This document shows positions 29,201-37,953 of a stretch of 64,000 nt of DNA, in pieces (within the stretch, counting starts at the first letter, position 1; each line of letters opens with the position of its first letter). Origin of the DNA: Chitinophagales bacterium (GTDB lineage: Bacteria > Bacteroidota > Bacteroidia > Chitinophagales > JADIYW01); the NCBI GenBank assembly GCA_041393015.1, contig JAWKKV010000013.1, positions 3,255 to 67,254 of the forward strand, read 5' to 3'. Position numbers and translations under genes: made by a program. Below the pieces are notes generated by a model that was not told the DNA's origin, searched no databases, and saw only the letters and a list, made by a program, of their open reading frames with translations.

Positions 29201-31291
29201 ATTCAGTTCACCCAAATTGAGGGTGTCTAGTTGCATCGTAAAATTAAGATTTGGGACTTCATTATTGAGTCCTATTTTTCCATTGAAAACGAAGGCTAAA
29301 TTTTCATCATTAATATTAATGTCTCCTTCAAACTCTTTTTTGTAAAAACACCCTTCAATGTTTAAATCATGATAGTTGTAACTGTTGTAAACAAAAGAGT
29401 TAATATTTACATCTAATTGCGTGTCTATCGTATCTAATGATAAACCTCTTCCGTCTACTTTAGCCGTCATGGTTACATTGCCAATAGAGTCATTACCTAA
29501 CAGCTGTCCTAGTTGAAAGTCATCAATTTTTAATTGCCCTAAATAAACAGCGTTGGTATATTTTTCGTTAAAATCAATTTTTAAATCAGGAATGATATTT
29601 CCTAGATTGGTCGTTATTTCACCGTCTAAATCAAAGCTGGTTAAACTTCCTTTAATCTTACCTGAATAAGTAAGGAATTCTATGTTTTTAGCAATAGCTG
29701 GAATAGAATCTAGAATTTTGGCAACATCATTAGATGCTGTCTCTATTTTATTGATGTTTAATTGGTATTGAAGTTGATCAATTTGATTCAAATTTTGGAT
29801 TGTTCCAGCAAAATCAACATGTGTAGTTAAAGCCGTTTTAAGCGTAAATTTTTCTAATTGAAGCTCTTTTAAATTTCCTGAAAGCTTAGAAGCCAAATCT
29901 ATTCTTCCAAAAGGTTTAATATCAATTGGTAGCTTTGATCGACCGATTATTTTTTCAATTTCTTTAGTACTAGCATTAGCAGTAATAGCAACATTGCTAA
30001 ACTGCATTTGATTGGTTTGGGTAGGATGTTTTACAATGCCTGATATACTTGCTTTTGTTTCACCAATACTAGCATCTAGATTCTTGATATTCAAATTGGC
30101 TAAGTCTCCAGAGATAGAAGTATTGATTCTTATATTTTTGGAAGGAAGTTGATTGAAATCGATAGATTTTGTAAGTGTTGGAATAAAATAACTTAACTCA
30201 TCGGCATGTAGGTTGATTGGTTTGCCTTTAACATCCACTTGTAAGTCATCTTCAAATAGAATAAATGTTTTGAAAATATCGTATGATAAACTTGCATCTA
30301 AATTAGCTTCTGATTTTCCGGTTTTTAACTCGAGATTGGTGGCGCCGGTTTCTTTATCTGAAAAGATAAGATTACCCGATAAATGTTGAATATCAATTTG
30401 CTCACCAAACTCGGTGGAAATGTTCTTAGCGGTTAAACTTGCTCGAGTGCTATCAAAATAAACATTCTTAAAATCGATGTTTAAGTCTTTGGCTTGAATA
30501 TGTTGCGGATTGAAAGTTGTGCCTAAAGAGTTATTTTCTCCTGTTACAATATCAACATAACTGTTACTGATGGTTAGTTTTTGAGAGGTAACTTTTATTG
30601 GAACCGTTGAAAGCGGGAAAATAGTTGGATCATATATTTTTTTGCGTTTGCCCAAAGTAAAACTCGCTACATAATTAACTGATTCAATATCAATTGAGTT
30701 GAGTGCAATATCCATTGTCGCAAGATCTAGAGATTTTAAATTGACATGTAAGCTTTTTAAGACGATATCTTGTCTGCCGGAACTTAAGTCTAATAATGCA
30801 TGGGTATTATTGAGTTCTAACTTTTTCAGTGAAATCGTCCAAGGCGAAGCAGATTTTTCCTTCTTTGGTTTTGGATTTTTAGGGGCAAAGGCATCAACGA
30901 TATACTGAAAATTAAAAATGGAGTCTTGCTGACGCATAGTGGCGGTTAGATCATTAATGATAATCTTATCTACCTCAACCGTTTTCTTTATTAATTTTTT
31001 TAGATTGATGTCAATAATTAAATCAGAAGTAGCCAATAAGGTATCGGCTTTTTGATCTTCAAAGTAAACGCCGTGTAAAGCCACTCTGTCGAATAGATGA
31101 ATCGCTACTTTGTCAATATTTACGGGTGTTTCTATTTTATTTTCTAAAAATTTAGCCGCAGATTTAGCAATTCTTTTTTGTACAAAAGGCATGTTTAAGC
31201 CTACAAAAAGGAATAGTAATATAAACAGGATTAACCCCAACAGCGTTAAACTGGTGTATTTTAAAATACGCCGAAGAGGTTTTAAATTCAT
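26231..31291 (-). CDS. tamB: translocation and assembly module TamB-like protein
   Basis: 1686 aa. N-terminal TM anchor, a long beta-rich body and a DUF490-like C-terminus. It is coupled to the Omp85 gene. Confidence 0.75.
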   Translation of the reverse strand: MNLKPLRRILKYTSLTLLGLILFILLFLFVGLNMPFVQKRIAKSAAKFLENKIETPVNIDKVAIHLFDRVALHGVYFEDQKADTLLATSDLIIDINLKKLIKKTVEVDKIIINDLTATMRQQDSIFNFQYIVDAFAPKNPKPKKEKSASPWTISLKKLELNNTHALLDLSSGRQDIVLKSLHVNLKSLDLATMDIALNSIDIESVNYVASFTLGKRKKIYDPTIFPLSTVPIKVTSQKLTISNSYVDIVTGENNSLGTTFNPQHIQAKDLNIDFKNVYFDSTRASLTAKNISTEFGEQIDIQHLSGNLIFSDKETGATNLELKTGKSEANLDASLSYDIFKTFILFEDDLQVDVKGKPINLHADELSYFIPTLTKSIDFNQLPSKNIRINTSISGDLANLNIKNLDASIGETKASISGIVKHPTQTNQMQFSNVAITANASTKEIEKIIGRSKLPIDIKPFGRIDLASKLSGNLKELQLEKFTLKTALTTHVDFAGTIQNLNQIDQLQYQLNINKIETASNDVAKILDSIPAIAKNIEFLTYSGKIKGSLTSFDLDGEITTNLGNIIPDLKIDFNEKYTNAVYLGQLKIDDFQLGQLLGNDSIGNVTMTAKVDGRGLSLDTIDTQLDVNINSFVYNSYNYHDLNIEGCFYKKEFEGDININDENLAFVFNGKIGLNNEVPNLNFTMQLDTLNLGELNLTKMPLSASMVITSDLSEATLNNMNGELKIRDIRLSKEGKVWETDSIAIIASNKNNGDNEVLLASEIINGSVVGDFSFVNVVPAIMQSLDEYFPFSELINAKKGLDSIPEQSFKGAFYVSNPRKLTNFFSESNFKLDTAIIVLDFDSRKDLVDIDLQVPEFAFGTTTLKNIAVISKTIDNKLSFAIASDSIIIGNSVQIPALELTTTFKENIGTYGIKIKDEEAIDQFALTGKITSSEKLFELIADKSVVLDAKNWRLNMTEPFVIGKGEFEYPAFDLIRGDQGIFLTKGENKEIDLYFEAFEATNITNFILNDSTSLEGSINGSLKVATIEDPMTIEGDLYIGAIQYNGIEIGNLGMEFQNIGGSYTTASIDLSDLFTDVHIDAILSEGNKIDGEVDIKQFQLKAIEPFLRKYVKNVKGDLAGKLVIGGSLSAPDVDGTLSLNDAGTEVISLGSYYTVKKGDFDISKDNIDVKAVFVDSKQRIANLTGNITHNYFSNIGFNLNFSAKSFTFLDSKKQKNLPFYGMLNAELDADITGTVNKPKIFAVFATDDSTDITIEAITNNSSVSNEPYIIFVDNGDYTLNEIDSIINLRYKISTIFDLTVYANINDKAKLKVVIDPISGDYLDVIGNGNMVVDVNESGQLLINGNYEVSSGQYRFTFEDFFLKRFFEIVPGGQITFVGDIMSSKLDLAAAYKLKTSTYSLIENEFTTLSEDEKIAAKKPNTEVNVVLSITGELNQPQIDFDIKIPQNTGNAVSSSVTRALEKLRSNKTELNTQVFSLLLLQGFTTINSTSSDIAYNASSQIAFSSVSSFINNQLKKLTNKAKGLEVGVGIASTSNDALSGDAGSDTENTFAQSTNIDVFIKQSLLNDRLILELGTNLDLNSGNSEGGLTNVAGDFILEYKLTKEGNLRLNVFQKSDYSLLNDNNVWKTGIGLSYQKTFGKLIKKGSYKGAEEVNKETPTENNDTLPIEVPSDSIENKEAPKPISK

Positions 31292-31367
31292 AGGAACTAA
31301 TATTAATTATATTTTTGTTGCAAAATTAGCCTTAAAAGAATTTAATTTTTAAAATCTACGATTAATA

Positions 31368-32231
31368 ATGGATCAAGTTAATACTGTTAAAATAATTGAA
31401 TGCCCAAGAGATGCTATGCAGGGTATTGCAACTTTTATACCAACGAATAAGAAAATAGAATATTTGAACACTTTATTAAAAGTGGGCTTTAATACTTTAG
31501 ATTGTGGAAGTTTTGTTTCTGCGAAATCCATTCCGCAGATGAGAGATACTTTTAGAGTACTTCCCCAATTGGACTTATCTGAAACCGATACAAAACTATC
31601 GGTAATTGTAGCGAATGTAAGAGGAGCGGAGGAAGCTTGCGAGTTTGATGAGATCAATTATGTTGGTTTTCCTTTTTCTGTGTCAGAAACGTTTCAACAA
31701 CGAAATACCAATTCTAGCATAGAACAATCCTTGGAAAGGGTAGAGCAAATACTCAACATTTGCGAGTGTAATGGTAAAGAGTTGGTCGTTTATATATCAA
31801 TGGCATTTGGTAATCCATATAATGATCCTTATCACCCGGCGATTGTTGAACATTGGGTAGATCGTTTGCACGATTTAGGTATTTATGATATGTCTATTTC
31901 TGATACGGTTGGTGTGGCTACGCCTAAATTAATTGAAGATTTATACGCTGTATTATATGAAGATTTTCCAAAAATTGAGTTTGGTAGTCATTTTCATACC
32001 ACACCAGATACTTGGAAAGAGAAAATTGAAGTGGCTTATGCCAACGGTTGTAAGCGTTTTGACGGCGCAATTTATGGTTTTGGTGGCTGTCCAATGGCAA
32101 AAGACGATTTAATTGGCAATATGCCAACCGAAAATTTAATTGCCTTTTTTGAGGAGAAAGGCATTCCTCATGGATTGAATTTAGAAGCGTTTGAAAAAGC
32201 CAAAGCGATGGCGAAATCGATTTTCTTGTAA
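31368..32231 (+). CDS. hydroxymethylglutaryl-CoA lyase
   Basis: 287 aa. ECPRDAMQG and HFHTT motifs of the HMGL-like TIM barrel. Confidence 0.8.
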   Translation: MDQVNTVKIIECPRDAMQGIATFIPTNKKIEYLNTLLKVGFNTLDCGSFVSAKSIPQMRDTFRVLPQLDLSETDTKLSVIVANVRGAEEACEFDEINYVGFPFSVSETFQQRNTNSSIEQSLERVEQILNICECNGKELVVYISMAFGNPYNDPYHPAIVEHWVDRLHDLGIYDMSISDTVGVATPKLIEDLYAVLYEDFPKIEFGSHFHTTPDTWKEKIEVAYANGCKRFDGAIYGFGGCPMAKDDLIGNMPTENLIAFFEEKGIPHGLNLEAFEKAKAMAKSIFL

Positions 32232-32382
32232 TCTAAAAAAGTTAGCCTTGGCTATCAGTTTTGTTTTTTTGACCTGCCAGCCGAGCAGGCGGGCACAGAT
32301 GGCACAAATATTTTAGATTTACTTTCTAGGTTAATTTTGAGTATGAATTAGTGAAATCTGTGAAATCTGTGTCTTCTTTTAA

Positions 32383-32940
32383 CTAAAATAATCCTACGAA
32401 GTATTTATAGCCAATCGATAAAACACTAATAGGAATCAACAAACCAATGGCGCTGCCATAAATGTACTTTTGAGTAGTGATTTTTGAAAAAGCCAAAGCA
32501 TAATTTAGCGGCGGTGCCACCCACATTAATAATCGAAGAAGGATAATCGTTTTAATGGGTTTGGTCTCTACTCTAAGCAGTATTCTTTGAATTCGCTCAC
32601 TTTTTATATGCGCCATCGCATTGCCACCCATGGAGCGAGCAAAGTAGAAGCTCGCAATCACTGCAGCTAAACTTCCTAAATAAGCTACTATTGGTCCTAA
32701 TACACTTCCAAACAGTGGAATAGATGCGCCAATAAATATTACGCCGGGCAACTGAAAAATTATAGCCAAACAAAATGCTACAATAAACAAGGCAATACCC
32801 CAAATTCCTAATGGTTCAATAAATAGTTGTAAGTTTTCAATAGTCATTTGCTTGCCTAATGGAGTAAACAATTTTATAGCAAAAGCTATTATGATAAAGG
32901 CGGCAAAAAGAAAAAGTTTAATGACTTGTTTTCTTGGCAT
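32383..32940 (-). CDS. TVP38/TMEM64 (DedA-related, VTT domain) membrane protein
   Basis: 185 aa polytopic membrane protein. The family call is from its overall character. Confidence 0.5.
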   Translation of the reverse strand: MPRKQVIKLFLFAAFIIIAFAIKLFTPLGKQMTIENLQLFIEPLGIWGIALFIVAFCLAIIFQLPGVIFIGASIPLFGSVLGPIVAYLGSLAAVIASFYFARSMGGNAMAHIKSERIQRILLRVETKPIKTIILLRLLMWVAPPLNYALAFSKITTQKYIYGSAIGLLIPISVLSIGYKYFVGLF

Positions 32941-33035
32941 GATTAAAAATAAGATAAAATTTCAAAAATTATTGAATAGGTTAAATATCGTTCGGATATT
33001 TACACGCAAGATTAAAACAAATAAAACATATCATC

Positions 33036-34196
33036 ATGATTGAAGGCTTTTTTCCAAGAACAATTTTTAATGAAGAACACGAATTATTTAGAGCATCAGT
33101 AAAAGATCTTTTGCAAAAAGAACTAATGCCTCATGTAGACGAATGGGAGAAAAACCAAATGGTGTCTAGAGCATCTTGGAGAACCTTAGGCGAAAATGGT
33201 TTTCTAAGTATGCAAGTAGCGGAAGAATATGGTGGAATGGGGATTGAAGATTATCGCTACAATGCCATTTTTAATGAAGAATTAGGCTATACCGGTTGTG
33301 CGAGTATTGCGATTGGTTATTCTTTGCATTCTGATATTGTAACGCCATACATAGAGCATTATGGGAGCGAAGCGACCAAGCAAAAGTATTTACCTAAAAT
33401 GGTGAGTGGCGAATACATAGGCTCGATAGCCATGACAGAACCGGGCGCAGGTAGTGACTTGCAAAATATCAAAACTTCTGCGGTAGATATGGGCGATCAT
33501 TATTTGGTGAATGGCTCCAAAACATTTATTACTAATGGCTACTTGAGTAATGTTTGTGTGGTAGCCGTAAAAACGGATCCATCTCAAGGCGCGAAAGGAA
33601 CTAGTTTGTTGGTGATTGATGACACCATGGAAGGTTTTACCAAAGGAAAGCCATTCCATAAAGTGGGTTTGCATGCACAAGATACTTGCGAATTGTTTTT
33701 CGAAGATGTAAAAGTGCCAAAGGAAAATTTGTTGGGGGAAACCGGAAGAGGTTTTGCTTATATGATGACGGAATTAGCTCAAGAGCGTTTGTTAGTCGGT
33801 TGGGCCGGATTAGCCTTAGCAGAAAGAAATTTAGCCGACACCATTACCTATATTAAAGAAAGAAAAGCGTTTGGTAAACCGATAGCCGCTTTTCAAAATA
33901 CGAAGTTTAAGATAGCAGAATTAGTATCTGAAGTTCAAATAGCAAGAGTATATGCTGATAGATGCTTGGAATTACATTGCACCAAAGAATTAGATGGCGC
34001 GATGGCTTCTATGATGAAGTATAAACTAACCGATCTTCAATTTAAAGTAGCAGACGAATGCTTACAGCTGCACGGCGGTTATGGTTATATCTGGGAATAT
34101 CAAGCCGCTAGAGCTTTTGCGGACTCTAGAGTGCAAAAGATTTATGCCGGCACCAATGAGATCATGAAAGAAGTGGTGAGTAGGAAGTTTTTGTAG
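33036..34196 (+). CDS. acyl-CoA dehydrogenase
   Basis: 386 aa. MTEPGAGSDL, GSKTFITNG and YAGTNEIMKEVVSR motifs. Confidence 0.9.
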   Translation: MIEGFFPRTIFNEEHELFRASVKDLLQKELMPHVDEWEKNQMVSRASWRTLGENGFLSMQVAEEYGGMGIEDYRYNAIFNEELGYTGCASIAIGYSLHSDIVTPYIEHYGSEATKQKYLPKMVSGEYIGSIAMTEPGAGSDLQNIKTSAVDMGDHYLVNGSKTFITNGYLSNVCVVAVKTDPSQGAKGTSLLVIDDTMEGFTKGKPFHKVGLHAQDTCELFFEDVKVPKENLLGETGRGFAYMMTELAQERLLVGWAGLALAERNLADTITYIKERKAFGKPIAAFQNTKFKIAELVSEVQIARVYADRCLELHCTKELDGAMASMMKYKLTDLQFKVADECLQLHGGYGYIWEYQAARAFADSRVQKIYAGTNEIMKEVVSRKFL

Positions 34197-35471
34197 GTTG
34201 CGGAATTTTGGATGTTCCACCTACGCTAAAGCTTCGGCGGATGATGTCGGAAATTCGGTGGTTTGGATTCCTCGCTCGCATCTTGCGAGTGTGTTGAGTT
34301 TTGCATCTTGCGAAGATATTTCTAGTGCAAATTAATGCTAAAATAGGAGTTGGCTAAAACTCTATTTACGGTATTAAAGTGATGGCGATAAATATAGTTG
34401 CTCATTCGCGGGACGTGAGCGATTAGCAGTCGATTTTAACAAGTGTAATTGTCTAATTATTAGTTATTTCAATTAACTCATAGCGAAAATCTTAAGATGC
34501 ACCAATTTCGTTTGTTAAAATTCTTTGACTCGTTCAAGGTCCATCTCAAACTTCACTTTTCGATATAGTTGATACAAATCTTGAATCATGATTCTATAGA
34601 TCAGATATTAGCCTTCAAAATCTTTCAGAGCTGTTTATTCCGAAGACTACTTATTGTACAAGTTTTTTTATATTTTCTCTAAGTATTTGTCTCTCGTTTT
34701 AAAATCCTTCATTTTAAGCGGAAGGACGTAACTGTTATCTCATTAATGTCAGTTTTTGCAGAAAAAATGCCTTGAAAATGATACATAATGTGTACAATAT
34801 CTCGTTTTATTTGTTCATTTCATTGTCTTCCTTCCATTCTCACCTTCAAGAAATCAGTTTGAATAACTTTTCTAGTTTATAAAGGTCTCACATATAATTT
34901 CTTGAATTCGTCTTCTGCTCCTTGTAGTCATGTGTTGCATGAAGCATTTCAGGTACAGTTGCAAAATTTGAAATTTCATGTTCGAGGAATTTTGAGTAAT
35001 TCAATGTTTGGTTTTAGGATTTTACTAAAGCAGGCATCGAATCCCTTATTTATTATGTTGCTATTGTCAAAATCATTATGAGATTCTTCATAGTATAGTT
35101 CTGATTCGTTGAATTGCTATTCAATTTTTGATTCAATCGATGCTTTAATTTGTATAATTGAAGTATATAATTGTAGAGCCTAATAAGTTTTAAATTATGA
35201 TAATAAGTACATATTGAACAAGTCTTATATCTTTATTTACACAAAGTTTCAAGGCTAAAATAATGAAACTATTGGATGGTTAATCTATTAAATGTTATAA
35301 GTTGTCAACTTATGGACACAAAACATTCTAAAATCGTTAATCAAGTGGGAGTCAAAAAAAGTATAAATAATCTAATTAACGAATGTCGATTAACGAACGC
35401 AGATTTTAGAATTTAATTTATAGAATGTAAACCTCTTACATTACTTACTATACTTACGTCTCTTACTCAAC

Positions 35472-36536
35472 TTAATCGACAAACTTCAGCCATCCATATC
35501 TATCTGCAATGGCATTAGATTTAATACCTTCTAATTCTTGCTTGATATGCTTTGAAATCACTGCTTTATCTAGATCTAATGTATAATCTTCGCCTCTAAA
35601 TCCTAATCTATTGATATGCGTTACGGTTGCTGCTGTGCCGGTTCCGAACATTTCTTCTAACAGTCCATTCTTGTGCGCTTCAACAATTTCCTCAATCGCA
35701 ATTTTTCTTTGCTCCACTTCGTAGCCTAAATCTTGTGCAATTTTTATCACACTTTCTCTGGTAATACCTTCCAAGAAAGTTCCATCAATAGAAGGTGTAA
35801 CTAATTTACCATCTACTACAAAAAAGACATTCATCGTTCCAATTTCTTCTACATACTTTTTCTCGCTGCCATCTAACCACAAAATATCTTTGTAGCCTTG
35901 CTTTCTTGCCAATTCAACAGGATATAATGTTCTACCGTAATTGCCGGCAGTTTTGGCATAACCAACGCCACCTTTTACCGCTCTAGCATATTCTTCAGAA
36001 ACCATAACAGAAACGGGCTCAGAGTAATAAGGTCCAACAGGTCCAACCATCAACAAAAACATATATCTATCTGAAGTTTTAACCCCAATGTACGGTTCGT
36101 TCGCAAACATTAATGGTCGGATGTATAAAGAAGAATCTGGCTTATTAGGAATCCAAGCAATATCCAATTTGATCAATTCCAATAATCCATCCATAAACAA
36201 ATCAACTGGCACTTCCGGCATCGACATTCTAAGGGCCGATTTATTGAAACGAGCAATGTTTTTATCGGGTCTAAATAAGGCAATTCTACCATCGGCAGTT
36301 CTATGCGCTTTCATGCCTTCAAAAATAGCTTGTCCATAGTGCAAAGCAGAGGTTGCCGGACTTAATGGTATCGGTCCATAAGGCATAATTTTAGCGGTTT
36401 GCCATTGTCCATCAAAGTATTCTGCTACCAACATGTGATCAGAAAATGTTCTTCCAAAAGGTATATTATCAAAGTCTACCGCATCAATTTTTGATTGCTT
36501 ACACTTTTCTATTTCTAAAAGCTTTGTTGCTAACAT
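35472..36536 (-). CDS. ilvE: branched-chain amino acid aminotransferase
   Basis: 354 aa. Class IV aminotransferase motifs HYGQAIFEGMKAHR and GTGTAA. Confidence 0.85.
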   Translation of the reverse strand: MLATKLLEIEKCKQSKIDAVDFDNIPFGRTFSDHMLVAEYFDGQWQTAKIMPYGPIPLSPATSALHYGQAIFEGMKAHRTADGRIALFRPDKNIARFNKSALRMSMPEVPVDLFMDGLLELIKLDIAWIPNKPDSSLYIRPLMFANEPYIGVKTSDRYMFLLMVGPVGPYYSEPVSVMVSEEYARAVKGGVGYAKTAGNYGRTLYPVELARKQGYKDILWLDGSEKKYVEEIGTMNVFFVVDGKLVTPSIDGTFLEGITRESVIKIAQDLGYEVEQRKIAIEEIVEAHKNGLLEEMFGTGTAATVTHINRLGFRGEDYTLDLDKAVISKHIKQELEGIKSNAIADRYGWLKFVD

Positions 36537-36619
36537 TTGAAGTTGTTTTTAAGTGATTATATTTGGGCTATATATCCGTCGGCAAAGATACGTATTAAAA
36601 AAAAGAAAAAGGAAGGAGC

Positions 36620-37072
36620 ATGTTCATTAATCAAAAAAAAGTATATCAATTAGATGTGTCTAAAAAGGAGGATGAGTTGGTGTCGAGCTCAAAAAGTAAA
36701 GCTACTACATTAACTACTTTGGTTTTTTTAGATGAATTGGTATCGGGCAGCGAACAAGAAAAATTGTTATTAAAAATATTGGGAGCCGTTAATTTGAAGG
36801 AGGAGAATTATGTTTTTATTAGCAGAGCGGAATATGCTCACTTGAGTTTAATGCATTTTGATGCCCATTCATTTCCAAGCTTAAAGAATGTAATTGTATT
36901 TGGGTTAAAGTCGGATGATATTAGCCTAAACACCATTAGCAAGAAATATTTTAACATGACGACCGGAGCTTACCATCTTTTATTTGCAGATGATCTAAGC
37001 ACACTACAAAACCAAGCGGCATTAAAAGGTCAATTATGGAATAATTTGAAGGTGATGTTTGAGGTGAAGTAA
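36620..37072 (+). CDS. hypothetical protein (150 aa)
   Basis: ORF with an ATG start preceded by AGGAAGGAG. I recognise no motif. Confidence 0.45.
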   Translation: MFINQKKVYQLDVSKKEDELVSSSKSKATTLTTLVFLDELVSGSEQEKLLLKILGAVNLKEENYVFISRAEYAHLSLMHFDAHSFPSLKNVIVFGLKSDDISLNTISKKYFNMTTGAYHLLFADDLSTLQNQAALKGQLWNNLKVMFEVK

Positions 37073-37182
37073 GTTTGGTGAGTAGAAAGTTTAGTAAGTA
37101 ATGTAAGTGAATTAAGTATTCTAGGAAATGTGGAATAGTCTAAAGATTCAAGACTCAAGACTCAAACGCAAGATTCAAGTGA

Positions 37183-37203
37183 AAAATTTGCGAAGCAAAT
37201 TTT
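37183..37203 (+). terminator. palindrome AAAATTTGC-GAA-GCAAATTTT
   Basis: 9-bp perfect arms around a GAA triloop (GCGAAGC core). The right arm ends in TTTT. It lies 110 nt past the stop at 37072. Confidence 0.45.
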
Positions 37204-37226
37204 GTAATAAGTAAAATAATTTGTCC

Positions 37227-37300
37227 CCAACCAAACAACCAAACAACCAAACAACCAAACAACCAAATAACCAAACAACCAGACAACCAAACAACCAAAA
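37227..37300 (+). repeat. about 8.5 copies of the octamer CCAAACAA
   Basis: Head-to-tail units at 37231, 37239, 37247, 37255, 37263 (CCAAATAA), 37271, 37279 (CCAGACAA) and 37287, plus partial ends. It lies 45 nt upstream of the rdgB ATG. Confidence 0.95.
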
Positions 37301-37344
37301 ATTCATCAGCACATTTGCACATCAAAAAATCAGCACATCAAACC

Positions 37345-37932
37345 ATGGAACTAATATTTGCTACCAGTAATCAAAATAAAGTAAAGGAATTCAGGAATGC
37401 ATTAGCCGGAAAGTACGAGGTAAAAACCTTGGCGGAAATTGGATTCAATGATGAATTACCGGAAGAGCAAGATACCATTGAAGGCAACTCGTTGCAAAAG
37501 ACGCAAACTTTGTATAATTTATTGCAAAAAGATTGTTTCGGAGAAGATACAGGATTGGAAGTGGCGGCTCTAAATGGCGAGCCGGGTGTGTTGAGTGCCA
37601 GATATGCCGGAGAAGCAAAGGATAATGAAGCGAATATGGATTTGCTATTAAAAAATTTGTTGGATAAAAAAGATAGAAGTGCACAATTTAAAACGGTTAT
37701 TACGTTAATATTAAGTGGAAAGATATTTCAGTTTGAAGGCATTTTAAAAGGAAGTATTGGATTGGAGAAAAAGGGCAGTGGTGGTTTCGGTTATGATCCC
37801 ATATTTGTGTTGGGAAATGGCAGCACTTTGGCAGAGCTGAGTTTAGAAGAAAAATCAGCCATTAGTCATAGAGGAAAGGCGGTTAGGAAATTGATGGATT
37901 TCCTTCAGAATGATTATATTTATAAAAATTAA
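37345..37932 (+). CDS. rdgB: non-canonical purine NTP pyrophosphatase (RdgB/HAM1 family)
   Basis: MELIFATSNQNKVKEF.. and GFGYDPIF motifs. The start is trimmed from the TTG at 37315 to the in-frame ATG at 37345. Confidence 0.85.
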   Translation: MELIFATSNQNKVKEFRNALAGKYEVKTLAEIGFNDELPEEQDTIEGNSLQKTQTLYNLLQKDCFGEDTGLEVAALNGEPGVLSARYAGEAKDNEANMDLLLKNLLDKKDRSAQFKTVITLILSGKIFQFEGILKGSIGLEKKGSGGFGYDPIFVLGNGSTLAELSLEEKSAISHRGKAVRKLMDFLQNDYIYKN

Positions 37933-37953
37933 GAACAAGAGAATAAAACATTC

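Noticed and set aside
26490-31352. Several plus-strand ORFs of 62-161 aa inside the TamB-like gene (for example 28860-29345)
   Set aside because: All are antisense to a continuous 1686-aa ORF with coherent TamB-like architecture. Their low-complexity S/L/F-rich translations mirror the sense-strand composition.
34197-35471. Structured housekeeping RNA (tmRNA, RNase P RNA, tRNA) or a mobile element in the ORF-free gap
   Set aside because: There is no GAGGAAAGTCC-type RNase P core, no tmRNA tag ORF or 3' tRNA-like end, and no cloverleaf. There are no transposase or integrase remnants or terminal inverted repeats bounding the gap.
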